Shown piece by piece: positions 12,051-26,124 of a stretch of DNA of 64,000 nt; position 1 is the stretch's first letter; each line of letters begins with the position of its first letter. The stretch comes from Octopus sinensis (taxonomy: Eukaryota): NCBI RefSeq assembly GCF_006345805.1, contig NC_042999.1, forward strand, positions 39,494,001-39,558,000, written 5' to 3'. Below the pieces are notes generated by a model. The model worked only from the letters and a program-made list of their open reading frames with translations, was not told the origin of the DNA and ran no database searches. Both the position numbers and the translations under genes were made by a program.

Positions 12051-14574
12051 TCCCATATCATGAACCTTCTCGCATCCGCATTCTTCTCATCAAGTCAACA
12101 ATTTCATCAATACCCTCATAAGAATCACTAAATAAATTTAAAATCACATTTACTAACTTCTCTAACAATGCCCTGGTTTGGAGTCGCTCTAATAGTTCTT
12201 CACAAATATATTACGAAAGAAGAAAACAACGGCCATTATGAGTCTGTCCGGTAAACAAGAATTCATATCTTTCCAGTACATTCCACTTATTTTATTCGTT
12301 TTAATGCCACTTGTTTCATAATACTGACCCTGATTGTTTGTTATCATGTATTTTTACATTAATTATACCTTATACATCATGCTTGCAATACAAGTTCAGC
12401 TTTCATTATTTTTACTTCCCGTTTAGACAGCACTGACACAGCACAAAATATATCACAAATGTCAGTAAGAAATGCAAACCAGTTTATCATAAATACGGCT
12501 AAGCAAATACTTTAAATGAATATTAGAAAGAGATTGGGTAGATGTCACAAACTGATTCTGCAGAAACGATATTTTATTCTGTTAATATTCGCGGTGTGAA
12601 AGTCGGCATGATGGAAGAATCGTTACTGCACCGGACAAAATGATCGGTGGTATATCTTCTGACTAATAGTTCTGACTTCGAATTTCATCGAGGTTGCTTT
12701 TACATCCCACACTTTCTGAGTCAAAAAATATGTACCAGTTTAGAACGACAGTCGACGTAATCGACATATCCCCTCTCTCGAATTGGTTGGCCTTCTGCCA
12801 AAATTTGGAGCCAATATCTAAGGAGTCATAGTAGAAGTGTGTTATAAATTGATGCACACATTATATTGAATTCAACTATTTTTATTCTACATTTGCATGC
12901 GCCACGGGCGCGCACGCACACACATACATGTGTGTGTATGTATACATCGATAACATTGTGTGGAATAATAATGTCGTTGTTGGATGGAATATTTCCTTTG
13001 CTAGTCAGAGTTTCGCCTGTAGATACGATGAATTTTGAGTCAAGTTGTGAACGTCATAATTGGACTGAAACTCTGAGTATACGCAGATGGAATGAGCAAA
13101 ATAAAATATTGTTGTATAAATGAATAAATAAATGTATATATATATATTTATATATATGCATATATCTACATGTGTGTGCATGTATTCATATATATATATA
13201 TAAAAGTATATGCATACATATATATATGTACACACACACATATATTTACATAATCCGTAGAGCAAAACAAACCACATTTCATTTCAAAAATATACATACG
13301 AAGAGTTGAGTCAAAGAAATATAAATGGGGTAATAAATATATGCAGCAGGAAAAAGAGAAAGTTTGTCTTTTAGTAGATTTCGGATAAAGTAGATCACGA
13401 TTATCCATCAAGAATCAAGGTGCTAAATGATAGGAGTTGACAAGCGGAAATTCAATGACGAATCGGTATTTTATTGTCACACTGAAGTTTTGGTTAAGTC
13501 GATTATAATCCTCTTTCTCTCTCTCCCTCTGTATGTATGTGTGCATGTATGTGTGTGTGTATGTATGTATATATATATGCATATGTATATGCATATATAT
13601 ACATATATATATACATACATATATATATATATGTGTGTGTGTGTGTATGTGTGTATGTTTATATATCCATGTATATGCATTTGAATTTGTAGGTATATAA
13701 CACATACAAAAACAAACACATCTTTATATATATATATATATATATATATAATACAGAAGATATATATTTATGCTTGTAAGTATATAAGTATACATATATA
13801 TGTGTGTTATATGTGTGTGTGTTTTTGTGTGTGCCTGCGTGTCTGTGTGTGTGTATGAGTGTGCTTATATGTGCATTTGTGCTTGTGTATATATGGTATA
13901 TATGCATGCGTTTGTGTATGCTTCCATAGCAAATGTATTGGTGATTTCATTGTTTGTCACTACAACATTCAGAAATGTTTGCTAAGCGTATGAGTAAAGA
14001 AATATATTATCTAAACTGATCTGAGTCCCTAGCAAACCAATGACTCTGAATCGTAAGTAACGAAGTAGACAATGTCGTAGAATAAGATGCTACATATAGT
14101 TACGAATTTAACATAAACGACTTCAGATTCTTATATAAAATGAATTTATACGCTGCGTATGAACACCCATCCCAGGCATGGACACAATTAACTTTAAGTT
14201 GTTGTTCAGGTCTTATAAAATTTTTAAAAAGTTAACATAGAAAAGTGAACTCTACAAACGCACACAAATAATATTTCAAAAGTAAGAGAAGAAAATTATC
14301 TCAATGCCAGGATGAACCAGAATGAGACGTCTTACACATATTCACGAAACAGCTATCGATACATATTTAAGGACGTAAAGCGCCAATATCTATTCCGCCA
14401 ATATGCACGACTCAGTAGAGAAATATCTACTCACTATAGATATAAACTAAATTAGTTTTACATGTAATACCATTAGTAAACAACACTACCCATACGCACT
14501 CACACACACAAACATGCATATGAAACATATCCATATCATAAATAAATAACATGCAACCCCACAGGCATTTACAT

Positions 14575-14622
14575 GACAATCTAAACTATGAAAGGCCAGA
14601 CAATCTAAACTATGAAAGACCA
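14575..14622 (+). repeat. 24-bp tandem duplication
   Basis: GACAATCTAAACTATGAAAG(G/A)CCA twice. Confidence 0.9.
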
Positions 14623-14934
14623 GACGAAATAGTACCGAGTGAATGAACGTGAATCTCATATGAATGAAGACAAGAACTATGCACACACAAACACACCATA
14701 GACATACACACACAAGGAATATTACACGTATATATACCAAAAGAAACTCTCACAAAATATACAACATTAATACCGAGTTTCAATTCACCTCGTCTGAAGA
14801 TTTCTGTGGTAAAGAACCTAATTAGTGTGATAGATAATCAGTTCAAAAAAGGGCTATAGATACATGTATGATATATATGTATGTACGTATGTATGTATAT
14901 ATGTATGCATGCATGCAAGTATGTATGTGTATAC

Positions 14935-15178
14935 GGGCTAGGGTATTTCGGCTCGCGATCGTTGGGTCGCGGGTTCGATGTCACTGTGGGCCAGTTCACT
15001 CAGTTGGCAAAAATGAGTAGTAGTTGTATTTCAAGGGGTCAGTTTTGCCACACTTTCTGTCACGTTGAATCTCACTCATAATGTGTTAAGGGGTGTGCAT
15101 ATCTGTAGAATGCTCTGCCACTTAATATTCCGTTGACCGGATCAATTGTAGCTCTAGTCATCGTAAGCGACGGAGTGT
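14935..15178 (+). mobile_element. Diverged SINE with a tail related to family C
   Basis: GGGTTCGAT B-box-like head; tail ...CATCGTAAGCGACGGAGTG matches the reverse complement of 28070-28200. Confidence 0.55.
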
Positions 15179-15345
15179 CAATGTATATATATATATATAT
15201 ATATATATCCCGGAGTAAACACATAAATGTGAAAGAAGGTGGAAAAAAGAGTACTCAAATACCAGTGGTAGAGTAATATGCTTTATTTAAAGAAGCAGAA
15301 AATTCAACAAAACCAGTTTTTGATTTTTCTGCTGCTTGAAATAAA

Positions 15346-15423
<78 letters not shown>

Positions 15424-15697
15424 GAGAAGAGAGAGAGAGAGAGGGAAAGAGAGCTGAATACGCATTTATAATGTATTTGTTTATATTTGTGTATGTTGAC
15501 ATTCTTTTATGCTGGACCATCGCATTTACTCGAACAAATCTACCCCATGACTTATTGTTTGTAAGCCTAGTACTTATTCTATCATTCAATTATTGCCGAA
15601 CCACTATGTTACGGGGAACGTAAACACACCAGCCTCAATTTTCCAGGCATTCTGGGAGGACAAAAACAGACACACAAACATATACATACACATACAT

Positions 15698-16116
15698 GTA
15701 TGGTAGTGAATCATGGGCTACCACAAAGAGAGAAGAGCAAAGACTGGTAACGATTCAAAGAGCCATGGAAAGGTCAACGCTTGGTATCTCGTTGAGAGAG
15801 CACATATGTAACAAGATCATCAGAAAGAATCCGGCGTGAGGGATGTCATCGCAGAGTATACAGGCAGGAAGTATAGATGGGCTGGACACGTCGCCCGGCT
15901 CACCGATTATCGGTGGACGCACGCGGTTGTCGAGTGGTACCCGCGTGAGCGGAAAAGACCACCCGGAAGACCTCTACGACGGTGGAGTTACGATTTCAGG
16001 AGGACGATTGGGATCACGTGGATGAGAAAGGCGCGATCCAGAGAGGAGTGGACAGCGTGCTGTGACCAGCGGTGTCAAATGGACGCCTGACGGACTGGTC
16101 ATTCAATGTGATCAAG

Positions 16117-16121
<5 letters not shown>
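15698..16121 (+). mobile_element. RTE-clade LINE, 5'-truncated 3' end
   Basis: YGSESWATTKREEQRLVTIQRAMERS.LG...RKYRWAGHVARLTD.RWT..V.EWYPRERKRPPGRP.RRW is the typical RTE C-terminus; short GATCAAG-type tail. Confidence 0.92.
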
Positions 16122-16181
<60 letters not shown>

Positions 16182-16183
<2 letters not shown>

Positions 16184-16316
16184 CGGGCTTCTTTTAGTTT
16201 CTCTTTATTAAATCCACTCACAAGTATTTGGTCGTCCTGAGGCTATGGTAGAAATCACTTGCCCAAGTTGCCACGCAGTGGGACTGAACCCGGAACCATG
16301 TAGGTTGCTTACCAAC
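16182..16316 (-). mobile_element. SINE family A head
   Basis: Reverse complement of the family A head. Confidence 0.8.
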
Positions 16317-16849
16317 CTACTTTATTTCAAAAATGTTACCATAAAGGCATGATACAGAGTAGCGGGCTGGACAAACACATTGATGATGTGAATAATGAAA
16401 AGTGTGATATTATTGGGAGAAGAAAAAATGCGCCCGCCGATCTTTTGCTTCTCTAAGACATTAGTCTCTTTCTTTTTCACAGAAAAGGACAAAACGAGAT
16501 AATGAACCTCTTCAGTTTTAACATTTTCGAAGTTTTACCATTTAAGAAGTGGGCCGTTAAGCCTCTTCAGCACAATAACATACAATAAACATTATAACAC
16601 TGAGGCTTTTCAATCTCTTGTCACTAGTCCTCCTCAACATCGCTTGTACCCGTATACTCCGCCATCCCCCACGCCTCATTCAAGTCCAAGGTAGGATCCG
16701 AAACTGGCGTCGCCTGTCCACAAGCGATACTTCTCATTGAGTCCTTGAAGCCTATTCGTCTCGGGCAACGTTATGACCACCACAGATATCCGCAGAGGCC
16801 ATTTTCCACCAGACATAATATGCGATCCAAAAATAAAAATGTGATAAAA

Positions 16850-17100
16850 ATCAATACAACTAAACTATATTATACATTTTTACATTTGTCGGATATTTGT
16901 CCTCATCTTGTTTGTTGTTAACACAATGCCTCGGCTGATATAACCTCCAGCCTTCATCAGGTGTCTTGGGGAAATTTAGAATCTGGGTTCTCAATCCTAA
17001 GGTATGTTTCGATGTTATTATCACTGGGAGCACACTCAAAGACAATTGCACTGTGAGAGAATTTGGTTTCTATGGTTTCTATGTGACATCTTACAGCCTT
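16850..17100 (-). mobile_element. PLE-type terminal repeat with a degenerate hammerhead (16921-16964)
   Basis: Minus strand ACAC-CTGATGA-A-GGCTG-loop-CAGCC-GAGG-CATT-GTGT; GAAA is mutated. Confidence 0.5.
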
Positions 17101-17646
17101 TATAATATTTACAGAGCATTGAACAACAATCATATTGTCGTTAAGTTGATAGTAGGGTTAAATCATCACCATACAGGTAACTTACGTTCAATATGTATTT
17201 AACTTTCGACCCTTTCCGGAGGTGTGGTAAAGAAATGAATTTTTGTGTCTCACATATGGCCTTCCAGCAGCAACCCACTGTAGCTAGATTTTGCTCACAG
17301 TCTCAAGTAGCTTCACATAGCTTCCAATTCAAAGATAAGGGAATGATTCTGGCGTGCGGGCGTGGTCAGTAGGCCTGCCTCTTCCATTCCTGGCCACAGT
17401 TTTGCAGTAGCCGTTATACCTGTCCATCTCTTGCACCAATTTCATTGTTGCTTCTTGCTTCATTTTGTGTCCTATTTAGCCTGTCATAGATGTCAGTTAA
17501 TTGTTCTCAACTGAAACTTTAATCTTCATGCCCCCCGATCCTGTTGCCTGTTCAGCAATACAGAAAGCTGATTCTGAAAGAAGGAGAATAATTGTCAAAT
17601 TTATCCCGAACAGCCCGTATACAATGTGTTTGAGTATATATATATC

Positions 17647-17704
<58 letters not shown>

Positions 17705-17713
17705 GTGTATGTG

Positions 17714-17746
<33 letters not shown>

Positions 17747-17767
17747 GTGTGTGTGTGTACATATAGT

Positions 17768-17957
17768 CATCATCATCATCATCATCATCGTTTAGCGTCC
17801 GCTTTCCATGCTAGCATGGGTTGGACGGGTCAACTGGGGTCTGTGAAGCTGGAAGGCTTCGTCAGGCCCAGTCAGATCTGGCAGTGTTTCTACGGCTGGA
17901 TGCCCTTCCTAACGCCAACCACTCCGCGAGTGTAGTGGGTGTTTTTTACGTGCCACC
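17768..17957 (-). mobile_element. Short retroposon / LINE 3' end with (ATG)n tail
   Basis: (CAT)n-CGTTTAGCGTCCGCTTTCCATGCTAGCATGGGTTGGACG...GGCTGGATGCCCTTCCTAACGCCAACC resembles a common invertebrate RTE-associated repeat. Confidence 0.65.
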
Positions 17958-17995
17958 TGTGTATATATATATATATATGTGTGTGTGTACATATA

Positions 17996-18400
17996 GCGCA
18001 GGAGTGGCTGTGTGGTAAGTAGCTTGTTTAACAACCGCATTGTTCCGTGTTCAGTCCCACTGCGTGGCAACTTGGGCAGGTGTCTTCTACTATAGCCTCG
18101 GGCCGACCAAAGCCTTGTGAGTGGATTTGGTAGACGGAAACTGAAAGAAGCCTGTCGTATATATGTATATATATGTATATGTATGTGTGTGTTTGTGTGT
18201 CTCTGTTTGTCTCCCTAGCATTGCTTGACAAGCGATGCTGGTGTGTTTACGTCTCCGTTACTTAGCGGTTCGGCAAAAGAGACCGATAGAATAAGTACTG
18301 CGCTTACAAAGAATAAGTCCCGGGGTCGATTTGCTCGACTAAAGGCGGTGCTCCAGATGGCCGCAGTGAAATGACTGAAACAAGTGAAAGAGTAAAAGAG
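17996..18400 (+). mobile_element. SINE family A
   Basis: Full head, body and tail. Confidence 0.9.
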
Positions 18401-18437
18401 TAAGGGTATATATATATATATAGATATATATATATAT

Positions 18438-18492
<55 letters not shown>

Positions 18493-19319
18493 GTGTATAT
18501 TACTCACGCACATTGTTGTTCAACTCGTTATTATCCAAATTTCTTGAGTGCGCCTGCAATCATTGAAGTATGACCAACCGGAAACCGAATCTCGTGTCAT
18601 AATTCAAGTGATGCTACTCATTACCATACAAATATTTTCTGAAACTCTATATGAAGTTTATGTATTTTGTTAATTCTGGAAAACATACACGGATGTAAGC
18701 GTATAAATGTTTGCGTACGTTAAGGAAATGAAAATAAGTAAGGAGATCAATATTTACTTTGTTCATAAAAAAAACATTTTCTAAACATATTTAAGGAGAA
18801 AAAGAAGAATGTTCGCGTGTAATTTCCAGTGTCTTTGTCTAAGACTGTAACAAGACATACCGAAAATATAAAGAAACCTAAAGATTGCAAAAGAAAAGAA
18901 AAACATCATAAATAAAGAAAAGAGAAAGATAATAGCAACTACGTTCATTTCAATACGAGCATAAAATTCTTTAGTATTGTCTAGATAATATAATGGATAC
19001 ATGATCACTAAGCGAGAAGAAAATAAAATCCAACTAATACCCCATTTTGATTCGGTTTCCTGGATGCACTAGATATACCAAGACAAATTTAATTTTCATC
19101 ACAGCACATACATACATCCATAAATAGATTTTTTTAAGTAGCAGATGCCAAAAAGAGACAACTCTCACGCAGTTACAAATTGAAGAGTCCTTTCTATGCA
19201 TTCGCGATCTTGGCCTTTGGGTGACGAAGAATTAAATTTAAAACCAGTTCGAATATATTCCAAAGATATTTTATCAGTTAAAAATTGTACAGGTTTAGAA
19301 ATCCTTACATGTATCTCCA

Positions 19320-19343
19320 TATATCTATCTATCTATCTATCTA

Positions 19344-19379
<36 letters not shown>

Positions 19380-19381
19380 AT

Positions 19382-19439
<58 letters not shown>

Positions 19440-19465
19440 ATATATATACCTACCTACCTACCTAC

Positions 19466-19505
<40 letters not shown>

Positions 19506-19506
19506 A

Positions 19507-19544
<38 letters not shown>

Positions 19545-19602
19545 CCTATCTATCTATCTATCCATCTCTCTATCTATTTATTTATCTATGTATCTATATC
19601 TA
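19320..19602. repeat. (TATC)n/(TA)n compound microsatellite
   Basis: Direct inspection. Confidence 0.95.
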
Positions 19603-19624
19603 TCTAAGATGCAATAATCTTTTG

Positions 19625-19815
19625 GATTAAAGGCACAAGGGCAGCAATTTAGTGATAGGCCGTTAGTCGATTATATGGACCCGTAACTCAAATAGTATTT
19701 ATTTCATTAACTCCGAGAGATTAAAGGCAAAATCGACATCGGCGTAATTTGCAGTCAGAATGTAAAGACGGACAAATTGCATACGGGCATTTTGTTCAGT
19801 ATACTAAATTTTCTG
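19625..19815 (-). mobile_element. Diverged SINE family B
   Basis: TTAAAGGCAAAATCGACATCGGCGTAATTTGCAGTCAGAATGTAAAG resembles the reverse complement of the family B body. Confidence 0.55.
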
Positions 19816-21848
19816 ACCTTCTAACGATTATTATTGGAGTTAATAATTAAGAAATTGTTCAGGCGTACATGTATGTAATTACTACCGTTAGCTCAGAATT
19901 ATTTCTGACTACATTGTGCTGGTTTTTATTCTAGCCGTCTACCCTGCAGCACATCACACTGTTCATCTACATATAACAATTCAGCTGACAAAATACACCG
20001 CCCACACAAAATATTTCAATATATTCCTGTTCTGTGACTGGAATGCGACACGAAATTGTTTTCTAGCATAAGACTTTTCAACTACCACGAAGAGCCTTTT
20101 TGTTTTATTTTCATTAGTACCTAAAAATATGGTTCTAACAAGATTTAGTGGAAAAATGCTTGTGTATCTTACGACTCTCTTTGCACGCACAGACACACAC
20201 TCACATGTATATACATGCATATACATTTATCTATATATGCCTTCATTTGTACGTGTATAAATGTGTATGTCTGCATCTGCCCGTGTGTCTGTATTCGTGT
20301 TTACGTGAGAGTCGATCGTTTGGAGTAAATTAGTATATGTATTCGGCTGTGATACAGTTTTCATTTATTACAGCCGTTACGCTCAATGTTAGTGTTTTCT
20401 CTTATCTTGTTATATTCTTACAAAATAAAAGACTAAAATTTATAGCTGGCAGAATAAAATAAACAATATCGTATTCACTTCAGATTAGCATCTTACGTCA
20501 TGTTTATCTAAAATCAGATTATAAGAAGTAGGAAGTGAATAAAATAACACTAAAACATATATATTATAAAAGGAAAGGGGAAAAAACGAAATTAGTTCGG
20601 AAGTTGTGAATACATATATATATATATATGTATGTATACTTTTTGCGCTTCTGGCATAACGTTCATACAAGATCTGCAGATAGTCTTATTTCTTGGAATG
20701 CAGATTAGTGTGAATAAGAAAGAAACAAATGTATTTCATTTCGGTCTTTCGAAAATGGATTAGAATGTAGATGTTTTTAGACTTGATGCAAGCCTTAATA
20801 TATTGCATTAGCACTTAAGCTCTGCGGATCTGGGAAACAAATTTATTTTACACATTTCTAGATTTTCAGAGCAGAATATGTATTTATGTATATTCTCTCA
20901 GCAGCACATATCGATTTCCTACTTAGTAACATATCTTCACTTTCATAAGGAACAAAACTGAGATTTTGAAATATACTTTAGGAAATAGCTAATAGCTGAT
21001 ATTTATGATTTGGTCCGTTATTACATATAACAAGTTTAACTACTAAATTAGCTATTAAATTTTAATTTATCCTACCTAGTGTACAATATTTATTTCTTGA
21101 TGGTTCGAACAATTCTAAAATTTCTGGAACTTATATTTTAAAAGAACGTGAGATATACTGTAGGGAGGATGAAATTGTCTTTATTCAACCTAAAATGAAA
21201 CAAATTCAATATTGTGAAATAATGTTGTAAATTATTGTAAGTCTGCTTTACTTTTTACATGTCCTCAAATATATCAATTACAAGAGCATTTGTATCTACA
21301 GTAGCTCAGTAGAACAAAGCATGCCTAACTGCCGTCTCTTGCCGCTGGGTATAGTTAAATAAGTAGTATCACGCTAATTGATGAATGTTCCAATAGAGAT
21401 GTGAGTAGATATAAGCAACACACTGGCCAAACAAACAACCAGGATGTCGCAGCGAGAGCAAGAGGTGACTGCCCTTGCATCCTGGTTGATTCTTTTAACA
21501 GCTTGTTGAGTGTTCCTCAATAATAGAAAGTGTCATCCAATCCAGGAATCGAACTTGCGAATTTATGTTGTTAATCAAATACCCTGATCAATGAAATTAT
21601 ATTTCTTTTTATGCTACTCTGCATATTTGACTCTGCATATTTGACTATCCATAAATAATAATAAAATTAAAATTATATTTCAACTGAATACTAACGGAAG
21701 ACGAAATAATTTATCTTCATCGCCCCTTGTGGGTAATAAAAAAATCAGAAATAATTTATCTTGCTTAGCTTCGTGTGATTTCTCGTCCAGCTAACCGATG
21801 TCCAAATGCTTTTATTTCATTACACCACGACTTTTCTTGCACAGCATA

Positions 21849-22112
21849 TGCAGGGTGTTCAAAAAATCTCTCCGCACTAAGTATCGCAAAACAAATATTT
21901 ATAAGATGGTATAAGACTACAAAAGAATATATTAGACTTTACAAGAATTTAAAAGAAAAAACTTTACACGAGGTGTTGAAAGTGTCGTCCTTCATTTTCC
22001 ATACATAAGTTGACTCATTTGTACATTTTGAAACACGTCTCAGAGAGTCTGACTCTTGGAGAATCAGGATGAAAAAAAATTCACTGCGGAGAGACTTTTT
22101 GAACACTCTCCA
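21849..22112. mobile_element. Tc1/mariner-type MITE (about 260 bp)
   Basis: About 28-bp imperfect TIRs CAGGGTGTTCAAAAAATCTCTCCGCAC and CTGCGGAGAGACTTTTTGAACACTCTC; TA flanks at 21847 and 22113. Confidence 0.75.
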
Positions 22113-23336
22113 TATGAGACATTGAAATATTCCTTCTCATATTTTCTATGATCGCATGAATTTCTTTGTGTAGAATATCAGGTCGTTTGGTAATGTATAA
22201 AGACGATGTGGGTGATAAAGCACACGCCAACTTGTCGATTCCAAGTTTATAACAGAGAAATTGAATATTCCGGTAATTATAATGATTCGAAATTGTGTTC
22301 TGTGCAGGAACAGTGAAATGACTTCTTCGAATAGTACATATCTAGCCAACAAAACTAACCAAACAACCAACCAGTGAAAAGTCGATTCTCTGGTAATGAA
22401 ATTAATGATCCATTAGATATTTCTAAAAGATTTTCAAGCTTGACATTGTTCACAAATAATTTAAATCAGTTCTCAACAACATGCAAAAAAGTCTATTGTA
22501 GTAATTAAATAATTAAGAATACTAGATTATTTCTACATTACACGTAAATTTTTTAATAGACCAAAATAAACTCACCAGAATCGTTGCAACTTGAGGTAAG
22601 GAACGAGTAGTCTAACAATCATTAGATTTCTAGTCATGTCATCTGGTGTCTCGGTACTAGAGTTGACTGAGATTTATGTCCCCACTAACTGTATTAGCAA
22701 ACTAATATGAGAGTTTCTCTTGTGATAACCACTGCAGTATAATTTGTTCTGAAGGAACGACCACGTTTAAGTGGGGCTAAATATTATCTCTTGGTATTAA
22801 TACTTTCGCGAATAAATATTTTCTATTGATAATGTATAAAGAATAACTGCTAATCCTGAAAATGATTTGCATTGCATCGATATTTATGGTAGCCCTTCGG
22901 CATGTAATATTCAAATTCTCCTAGTCATATAAAACTTATTTTAAATATCAATTGAATAGAGTCTCTACTGTACTCGAAAGCGAAGACGGAGCGTAGCCGT
23001 TTCAACGATGGTTACATGGAACGAATGATTGAATACTGGACCACGTTTGGGGAGAGCATGTTGTGGCACACAAAGCAAACAGGAAATTATACACTCACAA
23101 CTATACACACAAACAAACCAACACATAAGTCCACACACACATACACACAAGCACACAAACATACACACTGACACACCACCCGCAGAAATATTTCTGATAG
23201 ACATAACCGTTTATTAGTTGTACACGAATACCATGAACACTTTCCACCTCGTCAAACAAATAGAAGAGCAGATGCTCTCACTTTCTCCCCCTCTCTCTCT
23301 TTCTCTCCATTTATGTATGTATAAATAAATATATAT

Positions 23337-23389
<53 letters not shown>

Positions 23390-24405
23390 AGATAGGGGGA
23401 TACACATATATGTACATACACACACATACAAACAAAAATACTCAGTTGTTGATATTGAAATTCCAATGAAGGAGCCTTGGAACTAGGTTAGAAACCGGCT
23501 CTTTCTCTATTGGCAAGAAATCTTGAAACAAAACTGGACAATGACAAACTTACATTATATATACATAATGCCTGCATGCATGCATACATGCATACATACA
23601 AACCAACCTGCACGCATACATACAGGCATTCATCCATCCATCCATCCATCCATCCATCCATCCATCCATCCATCCATCCATCCATACATTCATACATACA
23701 TACATACGTACATACATACAAAGGTAAGTCGGCACTTTGATAAGGTGGTGAGAACCAGAGCAACAATACAACAAAAGAAACAGTAAGAAGTTTGATGCCA
23801 AATAAATATGCGTTGATTTATCGACGCCAATTAGGCGGGGCCAAAATTGCTGTGGAAGAAAACGTCTCATTACGCTAATATTTAGTTAATTTGTAATCGT
23901 AGACTTGTCTGACAGTCAGTATGCATATAAATACTCACTAGTTGTATTACCGTAGTAAGAGACATATGGTTCAAGATTTAGAAAATGTAATATATCATAA
24001 CAAAATATCATAAATAAAAACTGTTTTGGTATTTGGATGCCGTTATTATCCTTTAACTCTTTATCCAAATATATGTTACTGGCAGGTAATTTTGAAACAA
24101 CATTCTATATACAGTTTTAATTAAATGCTATTTAATGTAAAATTTAACTTCAATTTACTCGATACTTAGAAATTAGTTCAACTAACGCGATCTCTGTGCG
24201 TTCAGTTAATGAGTTGTCATTTGCGATTTCTGCCGAACATATATATATATGGATATTTATACATACGGTGTTTAATAAATCTAAAATACTGACATATCAG
24301 CTCGGTGTTACACAACTTAAAGGAAAGAGATATTAAATTACATATCAATACTATTAGGGAGTAAGTCTTCGCACGTAGATTTTGCAGTATGAGCATATTT
24401 ACTGT

Positions 24406-24696
24406 AAACAATTGCAGCGTGGAAGGTGTTTGTAAGCCATTTAAGAAACACACAAAAGCCTTTCGATTCACTTCAACATTTAAGTTTAATTTGTCAAAAT
24501 ATGTTCGTCGCTTTAAGACCACGACCTGTTCACTGACAAAAAGCCTTGCTGCATGTCATTTTTTGTCAGTGAACAGGTCGTGGTCTTAAAGCGACGAAAA
24601 TATTTTGACAAATTAAACTTAAATGTTGAAGTGAATCGAACGGCTTTTGTGTGTTTCTTAAATGGCTTACAAACACCTTCCACGCTGCAATTGTTT
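24406..24696. repeat. Fold-back palindrome, about 137-bp arms, 17-nt spacer
   Basis: 24406-24542 is the reverse complement of 24560-24696 with 2 mismatches; a single copy of the same family is at 58900-59047. Confidence 0.95.
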
Positions 24697-24900
24697 TCGT
24701 TTCAGCACACGATCTCAGATCAAATCCCTTGCTATGCAAGTACATCTCCGTAACATATTTACTGTAGTTCCACACATATGTGCATACCCAGGGAGAGAAG
24801 AATGTATTCTTGATGATTCTTTTTTCGTAGATGATGTAGATTCACCATATTTTGCAACAATGAGTATGCCTTCATATATGTAAAACTAATATAAATATAT

Positions 24901-25254
24901 AGGCGTGGATGCGCGGAATGTTGTTTGTTTCCCCTTCATACGGTTCCGGGCTCAGTTTCATTGCGTGGCCAAGCGTCTCTTACTATAACATCGAGCCTAC
25001 CACAGCCATATGAATGGATTTGTGAGTATGTATGTGTATGTGCGTGTGTCTCTGTGGCTGTTGCTTCTTCACCACTCGAGAGCTGGCGTTCGTGTTTACG
25101 TCCATAAAATTAGCGGTTTGACAAAAGAAACCCATAGAAAAGGTGTTAGGTTTTTAAATAGATAAATACTGGGGAAGATCGTTTGACTAAAAGTCTTTAA
25201 GGTGGAGCGTCAACATGACCGCAATCTGGTGGATGAAACAAATAACAAGTAAAA
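24901..25254 (+). mobile_element. Diverged SINE family A
   Basis: Head, body and tail recognisable with many substitutions. Confidence 0.7.
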
Positions 25255-25818
25255 CTTACAAGATATAAGTGTCTAAGACATTAGTAATGATCCCATGACA
25301 GCCTTTCTGTGCTATGAAGCGGGTTGGCCATTCGGTATAAATATTAAAGTGCTTTATATTGTCTGTCATGTAGTAAACGCTGTAAATCCATTAGGAATGT
25401 CATTATATCTATCTATAGTATGGTTTTTATTCTCTATACGCTGCTGTATATTTTAAATCTATTGCTACAACTCTCATCTCTTGTGTTAGCATTGTATGGC
25501 AATTAATTCTGTGGCAAGAATTCGTGCTATGTGCAGGTATTACATACTAAGAGTATACCCGTATTTTTCATGTTTCAATCTTTCCACACGCTGTCTTAAT
25601 GTCTTCGTTTAGGAGTAATTTCCATTGCTTTTCCTTGATCCCAAATATGTGAATAAACGCAATATATTGTATTTACATATGTTTGCTAAAGCAAAAATAT
25701 TTTTGAATATACATGTATATATATATATAAACAAAGATAAATGCGATACAATAAAATTAATTATAATCGCCGGTGTTCCAGTATATTTGTATATATATAT
25801 ATATATATATATACATAC

Positions 25819-25902
<84 letters not shown>

Positions 25903-26124
25903 TATATACATACATATATGTACATATTACACACACATATATATATATGTGTGTGTGAGTGTGTGTGTATGTACGTGTGTGTGTGTGTGTGTGTGTGTGT
26001 GTCTATATTCAATTATAGTAAAAAAAACAATTTTACAAAGTCCAGATAGGATGCTCTTTACTTTTGTAAAACACACATTTGTTATACTCAAACAAGAATG
26101 TTTTTGACCCTGTGTTCCAAGTTT

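Noticed and set aside
11525-12061. His-rich and Asp-rich ORFs
   Set aside because: Derived from CAT/GAT repeats.
14325-14365. GAAAC-AGCT-ATC partial hammerhead 3' half
   Set aside because: No CTGANGA and no stem I partner.
16560-17480. GC-richer blocks at 16560-16840 and 17200-17480 as exons
   Set aside because: No convincing frame or splice pair; likely unassigned retroelement debris.
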